Positions 62,710-64,000 of a stretch of DNA of 64,000 nt are shown here, piece by piece. The DNA lies in the NCBI GenBank assembly GCA_039815185.1, contig JBCBZT010000014.1, positions 1-64,000 of the forward strand, given 5' to 3'. The DNA is from Cyanobacteria bacterium P01_A01_bin.123. GTDB taxonomy: Bacteria; Cyanobacteriota; Cyanobacteriia; Phormidesmidales; Phormidesmidaceae. Position numbers and translations under genes: made by a program. Below the pieces are notes generated by a model. That model was not told where the DNA came from. It made no database searches and saw nothing but the letters and a program-made list of their open reading frames with translations. Numbering within the stretch: position 1 is the first letter of the stretch; each line of letters begins with the position of its first letter.

Positions 62710-64000
62710 ATGAAATCCCGATCATGGATTCATATTAGACCCGTCTATCCCCGCTTGGGTAAGCTGATACGCCGGTTGGCAGGCCCCGCATTCAGCGGTC
62801 TATCTATTGCAGTTTTAGTATTACCGTCTGCTGCTGCTGAGCGTATCGTTTTCTCCTACGGTTACTTGGAGCGCTTCATTTCCGTTGACGCCTTAGAAAC
62901 CTTTGCGCAAGAAGGCCGAATTGACGATCAGCTAGCCCCCTATATCGGTGAAGCGAGTCCTGAGGAACTCGAAGCCATGCGAGCGGTTTTGCTAAGTCAG
63001 GCGGAGTTAAGCCCTGTCACGCTTTCCCAATTCCTTTATTCCTCCCTAGGGGAAGTCTTGTTGCAATATGCCGGAGAACTGATTCAAACCGATTCGAGAC
63101 TCAACGGATTTTCTGCCCTGCGTGCAGCGGTGGTGCTAGCAGCGGGTGACTCAGATGGATTAACGATACTCAATGTACTCCGCCACTTCCCAACTCGAAC
63201 CGTTCGCATCAACGGGGTGCGAGCGCTGCAAGTGGTCAGTGCGTTTACTCAACTTCTGCAGCAAACTGACCAGATGGTCGCCCTGATTGAGCAGCAGGCA
63301 GGCCGAGAAGTGGCAGCAGCAACCCCCGTTGATTTTGCTCAGCTCCCAGATTTGCAGCAGCCCGGTTCGTTAAGCTGGCAGACAGAAACCTTGCAGCTCT
63401 ATGATGATAGGCGCGATCGCGCCTTTGAGGCAGATCTGTATTCCCCCCATTTGCAGGTCGATGCCCCTGTCCCGGTTATCGTGATCTCCCACGGTCTCGG
63501 TTCAGATCGCATGAGTTTCTCAGATTTAGCTCAACATTTAGCCAGCCATGGTTTTGCAGTCGCGGTGTTAGAGCATCCCGGTAGCAACAATGAGCAGATG
63601 CAAAGTCTGCTCAAAGGCACCGTCAGCGAAATGGTGGAACCTAGCGAGTTTATCGATCGCCCGCAAGATATATCTTTTTTGTTAGATGAGCTGCACCGTC
63701 GCAACCAAACCCGGTCTTCCCAACCCGATCAGTTCGATCTACAGCAAGTCGGTGTGGTGGGACACTCCCTAGGGGGATATGCAGCGCTCGCCCTAGTGGG
63801 TGCTGAACTGGATTTTGAGCGACTTGAATTTGCCTGTACGTTTGAAGGTGGGCTCAACTTAGTCAATTTCTCATTGCCGTTGCAGTGCATTGCCCTTGAG
63901 GGAGAGCATGACGCTTACCCACCCCTCCGGGATGAACGCGTCAAGGCAGTCTTTGCGATGAATCCTACGATTAGCGGTGTATTCAGCCCTAGTGGGCTAG
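62710..64000 (+). CDS. DUF1400 + alpha/beta hydrolase (runs off the window)
   Basis: Not in the ORF track. Manual translation AAERIVFSYGYLER, VISHGLGS, DRPQDISFLLD, GHSLGGY. Confidence 0.85.
   Translation, partial: MKSRSWIHIRPVYPRLGKLIRRLAGPAFSGLSIAVLVLPSAAAERIVFSYGYLERFISVDALETFAQEGRIDDQLAPYIGEASPEELEAMRAVLLSQAELSPVTLSQFLYSSLGEVLLQYAGELIQTDSRLNGFSALRAAVVLAAGDSDGLTILNVLRHFPTRTVRINGVRALQVVSAFTQLLQQTDQMVALIEQQAGREVAAATPVDFAQLPDLQQPGSLSWQTETLQLYDDRRDRAFEADLYSPHLQVDAPVPVIVISHGLGSDRMSFSDLAQHLASHGFAVAVLEHPGSNNEQMQSLLKGTVSEMVEPSEFIDRPQDISFLLDELHRRNQTRSSQPDQFDLQQVGVVGHSLGGYAALALVGAELDFERLEFACTFEGGLNLVNFSLPLQCIALEGEHDAYPPLRDERVKAVFAMNPTISGVFSPSGL

Overview
A 64-kb window of cyanobacterial chromosome. 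The HIP1 octamer GCGATCGC is very frequent, OCP/FRP, PetF and PetL are present, and the gene style suggests a filamentous Leptolyngbya/Nodosilinea-like strain (inference). Most of it is housekeeping and metabolic: cphB (partial), trmD, ispF, rplY, purA, adenosine deaminase, glcD, mgsA-DAGK, petF, an ocp-frp-crtW cluster, coaE, cobA/hemD, gloB, uraD, petL, aroB, hisB, ABC transporters and two-component systems. Accessory material is concentrated at about 16.3-18 kb, 25-26.3 kb, 29.5-37.9 kb and 45-48.4 kb. The main non-obvious observations are: (1) three gapless 58-bp elements with covarying 11-bp terminal inverted repeats, all in the same orientation relative to local transcription; (2) two back-to-back ~60-nt candidate sRNAs sharing a 17-nt CCUC-containing motif; (3) an XRE regulator / palindromic operator / structured leader / small-protein module; (4) a broken P-loop ATPase-TPR gene with an AT-rich, HIP1-free C-terminal part; (5) three 5'-truncated Uma2 remnants; (6) a large-serine-recombinase homologue lacking its catalytic motifs; (7) a MITE inserted at the petL stop codon. 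No CRISPR array, rRNA, tRNA or intact transposase was recognised. All calls were made by eye, with no database searches.
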